44,087 bases of DNA from Candidatus Hermodarchaeota archaeon (GTDB taxonomy: Archaea; Asgardarchaeota; Hermodarchaeia; Hermodarchaeales; Hermodarchaeaceae), in NCBI GenBank assembly GCA_016839365.1, contig JAEOUH010000068.1, positions 1-44,087 on the forward strand, in the 5' to 3' direction. Within the stretch, counting starts at the first letter, position 1. Each line of letters starts with the position of its first letter. Of this stretch, positions 18,686 to 27,119 are shown piece by piece. The position numbers were made by a program, and so were the translations under genes. A model generated the notes under the pieces. It saw only the letters and a program-made list of their open reading frames with translations, ran no database searches and was not told the origin of the DNA.

Positions 18686-19606
18686 TTGAACGTTGATTGG
18701 CTCATCAAGAAATTCAAGAATTATGAAATCGCCAGTGCCGATGGAACAGCCATTGCAGCGGCGTCAGCGATTAAAGATGTTGCTTTAAAGGCACCTGCCA
18801 AATCTACAAAAAAGTTGCTTGAACAGATTAAAATCGCCGCATACGGTCTCCGGGAAGCTCGTCAAAGTTCAGCGGCTTTACATAACTGCCTCGACTACAT
18901 CGAAGATGCAGCCCAACAGGTATATCAGAAAAAAGCCTCAATACAGAAAATTCGCAAAACAATTGCGAATGCGTGCGATGACTTTGTAGCCCGAATTGCT
19001 GATGCTAAGCAACGGATAGGTGAAATTGGTGCAAAACGGATTAGCTCGGGTGATCGTATCTTAACACTCTGTCGTAGCACCACAGTTTTAGCTATTCTGA
19101 AAAAGGTCAAAGAGCAGGGGAAGGAAATCCAAGTAGTCGTTGCCGAAAGTCGTCCCGACTTTGAGGGTCGTCTTTTAGCGAATGAAGTCGCAGAACTTGG
19201 CATTCCGGTCACACTCATTACAGATTTCGCTGCGCGCATATTCTTACCAGATATTGACATTCTGTTGACCGGAGGCGAAGCCATTGCTGCCAATGGGGCA
19301 ATAGTTTCTAAAGTAGGAACAGCCACGCTAGCAGAACTATGTCACGCTGCGCGGGTTCGTGTTCTTATTGCTGTGGGGAGCTACAAATTCTCTCCTGAAA
19401 CCCTCTCAGGGCGTCTCATTACCATTGAGGAAGGAAATCCAACTCAAGTCGTTCCCACTGCAGAAATAAATCCAACTATCACAATTCGAAATCCGCTCTT
19501 CGACGTTACTGGCCATGAACACATTGACGCAATCATCACAGAACGAGGTCTTATCCCACCACAAGGCGTCTATCTTGTTTTCACGACAACTGAGCAAAAC
19601 AAATAG
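18686..19606 (+). CDS. eIF2B alpha/beta/delta-family paralog with degenerate isomerase site
   Basis: ESRPDFEG, TGGEAIAANG, SKVGT, SYKFSP, NPLFDVT, IITERG; lacks RGA and RPT motifs; TTG start after GGAGG (track start 18662). Confidence 0.85.
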   Translation: MNVDWLIKKFKNYEIASADGTAIAAASAIKDVALKAPAKSTKKLLEQIKIAAYGLREARQSSAALHNCLDYIEDAAQQVYQKKASIQKIRKTIANACDDFVARIADAKQRIGEIGAKRISSGDRILTLCRSTTVLAILKKVKEQGKEIQVVVAESRPDFEGRLLANEVAELGIPVTLITDFAARIFLPDIDILLTGGEAIAANGAIVSKVGTATLAELCHAARVRVLIAVGSYKFSPETLSGRLITIEEGNPTQVVPTAEINPTITIRNPLFDVTGHEHIDAIITERGLIPPQGVYLVFTTTEQNK

Positions 19607-19669
19607 TAGAAAGGCTCAAAAGCTCCAACCTCCCGTGTTCTCAGCAAGTAAACAACGGATGTATAATGT

Positions 19670-19891
19670 ATGCCTCCAACAACCTCAACTTCAGGAAAAA
19701 AACGGGACAAGAAATTAGCTGATGTCGATGGCGAGCTCTGTGGAGTCTGTCAAGCGTGTGCAACCGTTTGTCCTGTGAACGCAATAGAAGTCACAGAAAG
19801 TTACATCAAAATCCTTCCCGAGAAATGTACTGGTTGTGGAGTCTGTGTGAAAGTATGTCCTGTAGGAGCAATCGTTCTGATTGACCGGTAA
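19670..19891 (+). CDS. 2[4Fe-4S] ferredoxin
   Basis: Two CxxCxxCxxxCP motifs. Confidence 0.92.
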   Translation: MPPTTSTSGKKRDKKLADVDGELCGVCQACATVCPVNAIEVTESYIKILPEKCTGCGVCVKVCPVGAIVLIDR

Positions 19892-19916
19892 TGGTCAAAA
19901 CTCTTTGTGTGAGGAA

Positions 19917-21134
19917 ATGAAAATGACGAATCATATTATCGTGGTTGGTGCTGGACCAGCCGGGTCATCCGCCGCCATGGGGGCCCTCCGTGCAGGGGCA
20001 AAAGTAACAATCGTGGACAGAAAAACCAATGTCGGAATCCCTGTTCAATGCGGCGAGGCGATTGGAAAAACGGGGCCAGGGGTTGCGGAAATTGAAATCC
20101 CTGAGGAATCCATTCGTGCTCCGGTACGTGGCTTTCGCATCTACAGCCCCGGACAGGTCTCTGTTGATTATGCTACCAAGGAACCCAGCGGGTTCATCAT
20201 TGATCGCCGTGTATTTGATAAAGAACTCTTTGCTCGTGCCACCGAAGCCGGCGCAGATAGTTTGCTGGGCGCTCGCGTCTTAGATGTCACTCGCTCTAAT
20301 GGAACCATCGACGGGGCTGTTGTGCGATATAATGGTCAGCGACAGACCCTGAAAGCACAAATAGTAATCGGGGCAGATGGGGTCAACAGCCAGATTGCAC
20401 GGTTAACGGGGTTAAGGAAAGCGTACAAACCGGATGATATCGACTCCTGTTTTGCTTACGAGATGGCCAACTGCAACCTTGAAGTAACCGATTTGATGGA
20501 ATTTCTCCTCGGAAGTGAAGTCTCACCCCGTGGGTATATCTGGATCTTTCCTAAGGGGAATGGACGTGCGAATGTAGGAATCGGAATTGGTGGAGGAATC
20601 GAGACAAAAACAGCCAAAGAATATCTTGACCATTTTCTTAAGAACCACGATGTTGCAAAGCGGCAACTTAACGATGCCAAGGTCATCGAAACCAGGGTAG
20701 GTGCGTTACCAGTCTGTGGACCTAACAAAGTAAACGTTGTGAATGGCGCGCTTTTAGTGGGCGATGCAGCAGGGCAAATCCATCCAATAACAGGAGGCGG
20801 AATGGGCTACGCCATGGTCTGTGGGAGTATTGCTGGTCGGGTGGCCGCAGAAAGTGCACAAAAGGAAACTGTAACGGCTACAAACCTACAACAATATGAG
20901 AAAGAATGGCGGAAACTCTATGGCGCTGAATTCGACCAATCCCTCCGACTTCGTGAGCTAATCTTACAAACCGAAGATGCAACCCTCGACAAACTTGCTA
21001 ACATCGTTACCGGCGAATCTATTGTACAACTAACCGCCGGAAAGAAAGTGAAGATCTTCATGAAAGCCATGTCCACAGGAGACCGAAAGTTAATTACCTT
21101 GATGCAAGAATTACGAAAACTTCGCATGGTCTAA
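19917..21134 (+). CDS. Geranylgeranyl reductase family flavoprotein (DGGGPL reductase-like)
   Basis: GAGPAG, QCGEA, IGADG, YIWIFPKG, VGDAAGQIHPITGGGM; start 19917 or 19923. Confidence 0.92.
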   Translation: MKMTNHIIVVGAGPAGSSAAMGALRAGAKVTIVDRKTNVGIPVQCGEAIGKTGPGVAEIEIPEESIRAPVRGFRIYSPGQVSVDYATKEPSGFIIDRRVFDKELFARATEAGADSLLGARVLDVTRSNGTIDGAVVRYNGQRQTLKAQIVIGADGVNSQIARLTGLRKAYKPDDIDSCFAYEMANCNLEVTDLMEFLLGSEVSPRGYIWIFPKGNGRANVGIGIGGGIETKTAKEYLDHFLKNHDVAKRQLNDAKVIETRVGALPVCGPNKVNVVNGALLVGDAAGQIHPITGGGMGYAMVCGSIAGRVAAESAQKETVTATNLQQYEKEWRKLYGAEFDQSLRLRELILQTEDATLDKLANIVTGESIVQLTAGKKVKIFMKAMSTGDRKLITLMQELRKLRMV

Positions 21135-21207
21135 CATTGAACCAATTCCTGTAAACAACTTTAAATCATCAGTCTCCTCTCATAAACAAGGAACCGAGGT
21201 AAGCTCT

Positions 21208-21690
21208 ATGGCATCTTCAAACACAAACTTAATCGTCGGAATAATTGTTGGCTTCTTAGCCTCATTAGGTATCGCATACGGAATCATCTATGCAACAGCC
21301 GCCAGTATTCTACCCCTCGTTGGACCTGGACTGGTTCCAAGTAACGTTGCCACGATCTTTCTCACAAGTTCAATAACATCTCAGCTTTTCATGATCTACA
21401 ATGACATGCTTCTCAACATTCTTGTTGTCTATATCCTAGCTCCTGCAGTGTGGCTCGTCGCTGGACTCATTGCTGGGTTACTTGTCCGAGATATGGTCAA
21501 GGGTGCCGCAGCAGGACTAATCATGGCAATGATTGCTCCTTTCTTCACATATGGGCTAGACTTCCTTCTGGGTGGAGTTAACGGCGCACTTCTTCTCACT
21601 TGGGTCCTCAACGGCTTATTGGCAGGACTAATCGCAGCCGTTGGAGGCGTTATAGGCGGAACTCTCACATCACAATTTGAGGCGCATTAG
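21208..21690 (+). CDS. Gly/Ala-rich multi-pass membrane protein
   Basis: About 4-5 hydrophobic helices with GxxxG motifs; GAGGT upstream. Confidence 0.8.
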   Translation: MASSNTNLIVGIIVGFLASLGIAYGIIYATAASILPLVGPGLVPSNVATIFLTSSITSQLFMIYNDMLLNILVVYILAPAVWLVAGLIAGLLVRDMVKGAAAGLIMAMIAPFFTYGLDFLLGGVNGALLLTWVLNGLLAGLIAAVGGVIGGTLTSQFEAH

Positions 21691-21728
21691 AACCACATTA
21701 ATAGGCTCACACTTAAAGGCTCCATATC

Positions 21729-22337
21729 ATGCCACAAATACGGAGTTCCAAAATCGCACCCATAGGACTCCTTATTGGTCTTAGCCTTGCTATTACGCTC
21801 TACTTCACACAAACTTCGACAATACAAGCCCAAGTCTACACCATCTACTTTCCTTTCGTCGACCTTCTCCAATTATTTGAACTCGCATGGATCATGGCCA
21901 CAGTTGACCTGCTGCTAAACTTTACATTTCCCGTTTCCCTGTTGCTCTGGTTTAGTGTCGCTACAATTATTGCACTACTCTTTAGGAGTCTTAGTGTCAC
22001 CCTTTCCACTCTCAGTGCAGCCCTTCTTCTTCCAGCAGGAACCTGGCTGTTATTTATGATCAAATACCTTTACTTGCCTGGTTTTTCCATCGGTTTTCTT
22101 GCCTCATTCTTCCTCTGGCAGATTCTTTTTCCTCTTGGCTTAGTCCTTGGGTTTGCTGCACTGATTACATTTCCTTTTACATTCTACAGGCGACAAAAGC
22201 CTCCTTTACACAAAGTCCCATCGACTATCCAATCAGCTTGTACTAATTGTGGTGCCGTATACCATTCCCAGCCATTGATTTGTGTTTACTGCGGCGCTGA
22301 AGGTGCAATTATCGAAACGAAACTGGACGAATCTTGA
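21729..22337 (+). CDS. Membrane protein with C-terminal zinc ribbon
   Basis: Several TM helices, then CTNCG...CVYCG. Confidence 0.8.
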   Translation: MPQIRSSKIAPIGLLIGLSLAITLYFTQTSTIQAQVYTIYFPFVDLLQLFELAWIMATVDLLLNFTFPVSLLLWFSVATIIALLFRSLSVTLSTLSAALLLPAGTWLLFMIKYLYLPGFSIGFLASFFLWQILFPLGLVLGFAALITFPFTFYRRQKPPLHKVPSTIQSACTNCGAVYHSQPLICVYCGAEGAIIETKLDES

Positions 22338-22430
22338 GAAAACAGCAATAATTTTTGTGAATTCTGCAATCTTGAGACGGTTAGTTTGAGAAAATCATAT
22401 CAATATATAATTCACGAACCATATTATTCA

Positions 22431-22577
22431 TAAGCCGGTTGGAGCAGTGACGCAATTTTAAATCCAATCCTAACTCCTCATAGGCAGAATCCTCCCAAGG
22501 AGGTCTCAGGCCCAAATCGTCCTCGCCCTCCAATAATATCCCTCCTCCCTCGACTGCTCTTCCGGCATTATTTTTTT
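22431..22577. other. Structured intergenic element: candidate ncRNA (alternatively part of a 50-aa ORF, 22381..22533 minus)
   Basis: GCCGGttGGAGCAGT (22434-22448) pairs with ACTGCTCTtCCGGC (22553-22566); internal hairpin CCTCC-CAA-GGAGG; TATATAA upstream and T7 downstream. Confidence 0.4.
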
Positions 22578-22606
22578 ACATCACCCAACGCCGAGCTGGT
22601 CCGATA

Positions 22607-23467
22607 TTAGGCAGCTACGGGATTTGCTAATATCCGGTTACTAATGGCGAACTCTAGAACTTCAACAATAGCATACTCAGGAAGCCCTAACAGGAAGGCG
22701 ATAGTCTTGACATCACGCTTTCCATCGACCAGAAAAAGTACATCCCGGGCATATGGCCCGAATTTGTCGTATAGGGCACTACCTACCAGTGATCCTGTAT
22801 CGAGGGCTGCTAGCAGGGCTTGACCACCTTGAGGAATGAAGGTTAAGTCAATTCGCCCCTCTGAGGGTGTTAGTGGAGGGGGTGGCGGTTCAATGGCTTC
22901 TAGGGGTTCTAGGGGTGGTGGTTCGATGGGGGGAGGCATGGGTTCTGTTTCGGGGAAAGTGGGTGTTTTAGATAGAGGTGGAATTGGTTCTGGTGATGGT
23001 TCGGTTGAAATGGGTTTGCTGGGTTCGGGTTGGGGTTTGGGAGGTGGAATAGTTGGTGTGGGTTGAGCGGTAGGTGGAGATGTTGTGGGTTTTGGTGGTG
23101 GAGCTGATTTTGTTACAGCTGGTGCTGCGGGAATGGTCTTTATAATGTTTAGATCTAGCTCACGAAGTGCTAGCAGGGTTGCTTTAGTTTTCACAACTGC
23201 AATTCCAAGAGAGAGGTTAGGGGGAAAAAGAACGGCAAGGAGCCAATTTTCGGCAATTTTTGAAATGACAACGAGGCCCGCTTCTGTGTTGACAGTCAAT
23301 TGGCTGATTTGTCCTTTATACAGACTCACCGTTTGCTTGACCATCGCTTCTGTGTCTTCATCCAAGGTACTTTGATAAATCATATTTTCAGGAGATATAA
23401 TACAGAATGCTTTGACCATTCGGTCGAAACGAAGGTTATCCAGTGCCCGCTGTACATCCTCGGCCAT
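22607..23467 (-). CDS. Roadblock-like domain, Pro-rich linker and C-terminal winged helix
   Basis: N-terminal LTVNTEAGLVVISKIAENWLLAVLFPPNLSLG, about 90-aa Pro-rich tract, C-terminal LVDGKRDVKTIAFLLGL. Confidence 0.75.
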   Translation of the reverse strand: MAEDVQRALDNLRFDRMVKAFCIISPENMIYQSTLDEDTEAMVKQTVSLYKGQISQLTVNTEAGLVVISKIAENWLLAVLFPPNLSLGIAVVKTKATLLALRELDLNIIKTIPAAPAVTKSAPPPKPTTSPPTAQPTPTIPPPKPQPEPSKPISTEPSPEPIPPLSKTPTFPETEPMPPPIEPPPLEPLEAIEPPPPPLTPSEGRIDLTFIPQGGQALLAALDTGSLVGSALYDKFGPYARDVLFLVDGKRDVKTIAFLLGLPEYAIVEVLEFAISNRILANPVAA

Positions 23468-23547
23468 AGGCTAGCCTGTACCCCCGATTGCGCAAATCTA
23501 GCTATACGGTACTGGGAATTAACGCTCAAAAATCTTTGCGCCCTACT

Positions 23548-25278
23548 TCATTCCGTCAAGTTAATTTTGACTTTCTCACCATCTCTCTCCACATAACCGA
23601 ATCCCTTACGTTCCAATTGAACAATTGTTCCCGATTTCAAAACCATAAGTGTGCGTTCTCCAAATCCTTCAATGATTTGAAGACTTTTCGGGTTAAACTT
23701 GTCCTTGATAAACAGCACATCAGGAACAAAAAGCTGAACAGGAATCGAATCAGAAGTCACCCACTGGATTTTCAGTTCTGCCTGTTCTAGCACATCCCCG
23801 GCGAATACACATTTAATCGATTTGGCAGTTTTCTTTTCAACCTGGAGGTTAAAGGCGTGCTTTAACCGAAAAATATCTCCCTTCGAGAGTTGTTTAGCAT
23901 CTTGTCCATCAATATGCACATGATCTTTAATTGTAATTTGACGGGCTCCTCGGTCGCTGAAATCCGGATGATATGGAATTTCTGCACTAAACTGCTTACC
24001 ATCGGAAATTTCTACAAGTATCGGTTCAGTCACACAATAGTATCGGTTAGCTATGGCATCGACAAGTTTTCGGTTAATCCCTAATAATAGCGACCAATCT
24101 ACAATTGGTTGGGCCACACTTAGACCAACTTCCCGTGTCATCTCACGAATAGCCTCAGGAATTATCCCTCTTCGCCGAAGACCTGATAGGGTTGGAAGGC
24201 GAATGTCGTCCCACCCACTAATTTTCTTCGATTCAATTAGAGGTCTTATCTTGCGTTTACTAACCGGGCTTCCCTCTAAGCTAAAGCGTGACCACTCTTG
24301 AATAACCGGTTGGGGATAGCCAAAGAGGTCTCGGATATAGGCTTGGAGTTCTCCACGACTGGCAAATTCATTGCTACGTAACACATGACTGATCTGGTTA
24401 CGGTAATCCTCTAAGGCATTTGCAAAGTCGTAGGTGGGCCAAAGCCGATACCGGTCTCCTTGTATCGGATGGGAATAATCGATAATCCGGAAAATGTTGG
24501 GATCTCGCATCACCGCATTCGAATGGGACATATCTATTCGAAGACGGCACACTATTTGTCCTTCTTCGTATTTCCCATCAATGATATCATCCCAGATTTG
24601 TTGGTTGTTCTCCTTGTTGCTTTGACGGTGTGGGCAAACTCTCCCCTTGCGACGATTTTCGCTAATCTCTTCAGCTGGACACGCACAGAAGTACACATCC
24701 CCACGACCTAGCAGCTGCTTTGCATGGTCGTAAAAATACGGCATATCGTCTGAAACATTCAACTCTTCATCCCAATCAATTTCCATCCAACGATAGCCTT
24801 TCTTGAAAGCTTCATAATATTCACTTTGAACATTCCGTGGGTTGGTGTCTTCAAACCGGAGAATTAAGTGTCCTTTGTACTTCCGCGCATAGAACCAGTT
24901 AATGTATCCCGCATACGCATGTCCGATATGGGGATATCCACTCGGTTCTGGAGGTAAACGAGTAACAACTTGTCCCTCTATTGCGTTCTGAAGCGCAGGA
25001 AGTTCTTTAGTTCGTTTTTCCCGACTACGTTTAAGCAATTCCGGAGCTAGTTCTTCAAGTTCCGCAGTTTGGTTTACTAAAGTCATCTGGTTGACTTCAT
25101 CAACAACTCGATTCACTTGGTCAGTAATCTCTCGTGCTTGTGAACGTAGTTCAGGACGCTCCGCTAAGAGTTTCCCAATCACCGCCTTAGCGTTGGCTTT
25201 CCCTTCATATTTAATGGCGTTTGCTAAGCTGTACTTCCGAATTAACTCTCGAACTGAAGAGTCACGTTCATCGGTCAC
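23548..25278 (-). CDS. gltX: Glutamate--tRNA ligase (archaeal type)
   Basis: RLPPEPSGYPHIGH, LRFEDTNP, WPTYDF, VSKR, GWDDIRLPT, QLERKGF. Confidence 0.97.
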   Translation of the reverse strand: MTDERDSSVRELIRKYSLANAIKYEGKANAKAVIGKLLAERPELRSQAREITDQVNRVVDEVNQMTLVNQTAELEELAPELLKRSREKRTKELPALQNAIEGQVVTRLPPEPSGYPHIGHAYAGYINWFYARKYKGHLILRFEDTNPRNVQSEYYEAFKKGYRWMEIDWDEELNVSDDMPYFYDHAKQLLGRGDVYFCACPAEEISENRRKGRVCPHRQSNKENNQQIWDDIIDGKYEEGQIVCRLRIDMSHSNAVMRDPNIFRIIDYSHPIQGDRYRLWPTYDFANALEDYRNQISHVLRSNEFASRGELQAYIRDLFGYPQPVIQEWSRFSLEGSPVSKRKIRPLIESKKISGWDDIRLPTLSGLRRRGIIPEAIREMTREVGLSVAQPIVDWSLLLGINRKLVDAIANRYYCVTEPILVEISDGKQFSAEIPYHPDFSDRGARQITIKDHVHIDGQDAKQLSKGDIFRLKHAFNLQVEKKTAKSIKCVFAGDVLEQAELKIQWVTSDSIPVQLFVPDVLFIKDKFNPKSLQIIEGFGERTLMVLKSGTIVQLERKGFGYVERDGEKVKINLTE

Positions 25279-25325
25279 AAGAGGTCCACCCTGCTTTCTC
25301 TACTGTTCAAATAAGTGCTTCACTC

Positions 25326-25940
25326 TTATGCTTTTTGTGATGGTGAGGGCAGCTGCCTATCTTCCATGATCTGGTGAATAAGCTGTGGCTCAAGTGTCCG
25401 AAGCCACGAAATCTTCCCAATGGCATACTCCTTTCCGCTGCCCGCCAGAATAGCCTCAATTGTAGCTACCTCCTTTTCTACCGAGGAATCTGATGTATCA
25501 ATTTCAAATATTCGGTCTCTACTGTGTTGCCCTAAACCGTCGGAAATACACGTTCCAAGGATTTCTGCCTGTACATTTTCAAGAATTTTCTTAGAAGACC
25601 ATTGACGGGCTGCTAATCGCTGCATTAGAGTGATTGGATGACAACGAAGAACAATCAAGACTGCTAAATATTCTTTTGGAACCAAATCGGCAAAATGACC
25701 AACAACTACAAACTGTTTCTTTGTCTGTTGGAATTGAGAAACAAGATAATCCTGCAGTTCGTCAGTATCAGCGATGAGGGTGCTACGGCTTGAATCCTCC
25801 CCATGATGGAATTGCTGATCCTTGACGACTTGACCAAGCTCAATAAATTCAGCATCAATGCGCGTGGCAAGTGCCCTTCCGACTGCGGTCTTACCAGTCC
25901 CAGGCGTTCCAGAAATGGCAATCACTTGGTCCACTGTCAA
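25326..25940 (-). CDS. AK6/Fap7-type adenylate kinase family protein
   Basis: GTPGTGKT, VLRCHP, KILENVQAEILG, EIDTS. Confidence 0.88.
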   Translation of the reverse strand: MTVDQVIAISGTPGTGKTAVGRALATRIDAEFIELGQVVKDQQFHHGEDSSRSTLIADTDELQDYLVSQFQQTKKQFVVVGHFADLVPKEYLAVLIVLRCHPITLMQRLAARQWSSKKILENVQAEILGTCISDGLGQHSRDRIFEIDTSDSSVEKEVATIEAILAGSGKEYAIGKISWLRTLEPQLIHQIMEDRQLPSPSQKA

Positions 25941-26066
25941 TCACCGAACACACATATCACTAAGAGTCCAGGTGAACTGAGTCGGCTAACTGATAAGAAT
26001 ACTCCCACTAACACTGAAAAATGATCTTCGAGATGACAATAGTTGCCAAAAACCATGAAGTCAGGA

Positions 26067-26255
26067 TTATTGGCGTTTTTCTCGCTCATAATCTTCCAGG
26101 GCGGCTAATTCACGCTGCAGGCGTATTCGATGGGCTCCACTAGACACAGCAATCGCTTGGCGGAGTAACCGCTTTTCACGGCGAATATCCTTGCGTGGAA
26201 CATCATCTAGGGTTCTTTGAATGCCTCCGATGGGTTCTACATAATCAGTACTCAC
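26067..26255 (-). CDS. Small hypothetical helical protein
   Basis: 62-aa ORF filling a gap, co-oriented with neighbours; TTTAAATA upstream on the minus strand. Confidence 0.5.
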   Translation of the reverse strand: MSTDYVEPIGGIQRTLDDVPRKDIRREKRLLRQAIAVSSGAHRIRLQRELAALEDYEREKRQ

Positions 26256-26332
26256 TTGAGTGGCACCAAATGATATTCATCAAAAAGACTATTTAAACTA
26301 ATAGAGGGTTGTGTATAAGTGAAATTGAATGT

Positions 26333-26968
26333 TTAGGTGTCATTCGTTAACTGATAGCGGGTTCCTCGGGTGAAGCTCTTTTTTTGCGACACCATCTTCT
26401 TCGCTTTGAGCGAGTCTAATGCAATTTGAGTTCGTACCTGTGACCAACCTGTGGAAACCATAATCTGTTCCATAGAAACTTTCCCACTCTTTCGTGAAAC
26501 AATATCAAGAATTGTGGCTTCATCTTCACTGAGAAAATCATCTTGTAGTTTGATGACAAGAACACCCTGAATTTCGGTGAGATGAACCATTTCTTCCTCT
26601 TCCAGCTGCTTGAGTTGCCTCTGGAATTCCTTTTGTGAAAGTCCCTTGTATTGTTCCACTTCATGAATCTTAGAATACAAATCTGCCACTGCAATAGCTG
26701 CAGCGGTATCTTGGGCTAGAAGAAACACTAAATATTCTTGCAGGGTTTGGGGCTTTTGAACCTCGATCTGAAACTCTTCTTGCAACTGTTCCAATCGAGA
26801 ATTTGTTTCGACGAATAGTTTGGATTTCGATGGAGCTTGACGGTTAACTTCTTCAAGGCGGGTTCGCAAGGCTTCATCTTTTGTTGGATCCTGTGCTGCT
26901 TCCTTGGATTTCAACCGTTTCCCCAAGCGTGAATACGCTTCATCGAGATCATTTTCTTTCGAAGGCAT
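26333..26968 (-). CDS. ESCRT-II Vps22/Vps36 (EAP30)-like tandem winged-helix protein
   Basis: N-terminal helices, then two wHTH; the second, EDEATILDIVSRKSGKVSMEQIMVSTGWSQVRTQIALDSL, matches the EAP30 pattern. Confidence 0.7.
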   Translation of the reverse strand: MPSKENDLDEAYSRLGKRLKSKEAAQDPTKDEALRTRLEEVNRQAPSKSKLFVETNSRLEQLQEEFQIEVQKPQTLQEYLVFLLAQDTAAAIAVADLYSKIHEVEQYKGLSQKEFQRQLKQLEEEEMVHLTEIQGVLVIKLQDDFLSEDEATILDIVSRKSGKVSMEQIMVSTGWSQVRTQIALDSLKAKKMVSQKKSFTRGTRYQLTNDT

Positions 26969-27088
26969 CGTTGCCGCTCCTAGTATTCAGTTCATTATCA
27001 CTTAGAAATGACGCACTTTTAAAGCCTCGGAGCAACTCTCTTGCCTAAAATGTGGGTTATTGAATAGTTGAGGATTACCCAACGCTCC

Positions 27089-27112
27089 TTTCTTCCAACG
27101 CATTGGAAGAAA
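27089..27112. terminator. Perfect 10-bp inverted repeat (terminator or operator)
   Basis: TTTCTTCCAA-cgca-TTGGAAGAAA, 7 nt past the stop of 27120..28511. Confidence 0.5.
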
Positions 27113-27119
27113 TGTTGTT

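Noticed and set aside
22595-22610. GCTGGTCCGAT resembles a Y RNA 5' end
   Set aside because: No complementary 3' strand found; abuts a stop codon; likely chance
22840-23110. G-rich tract as a G-quadruplex or repeat
   Set aside because: Explained by Pro codons on the minus strand
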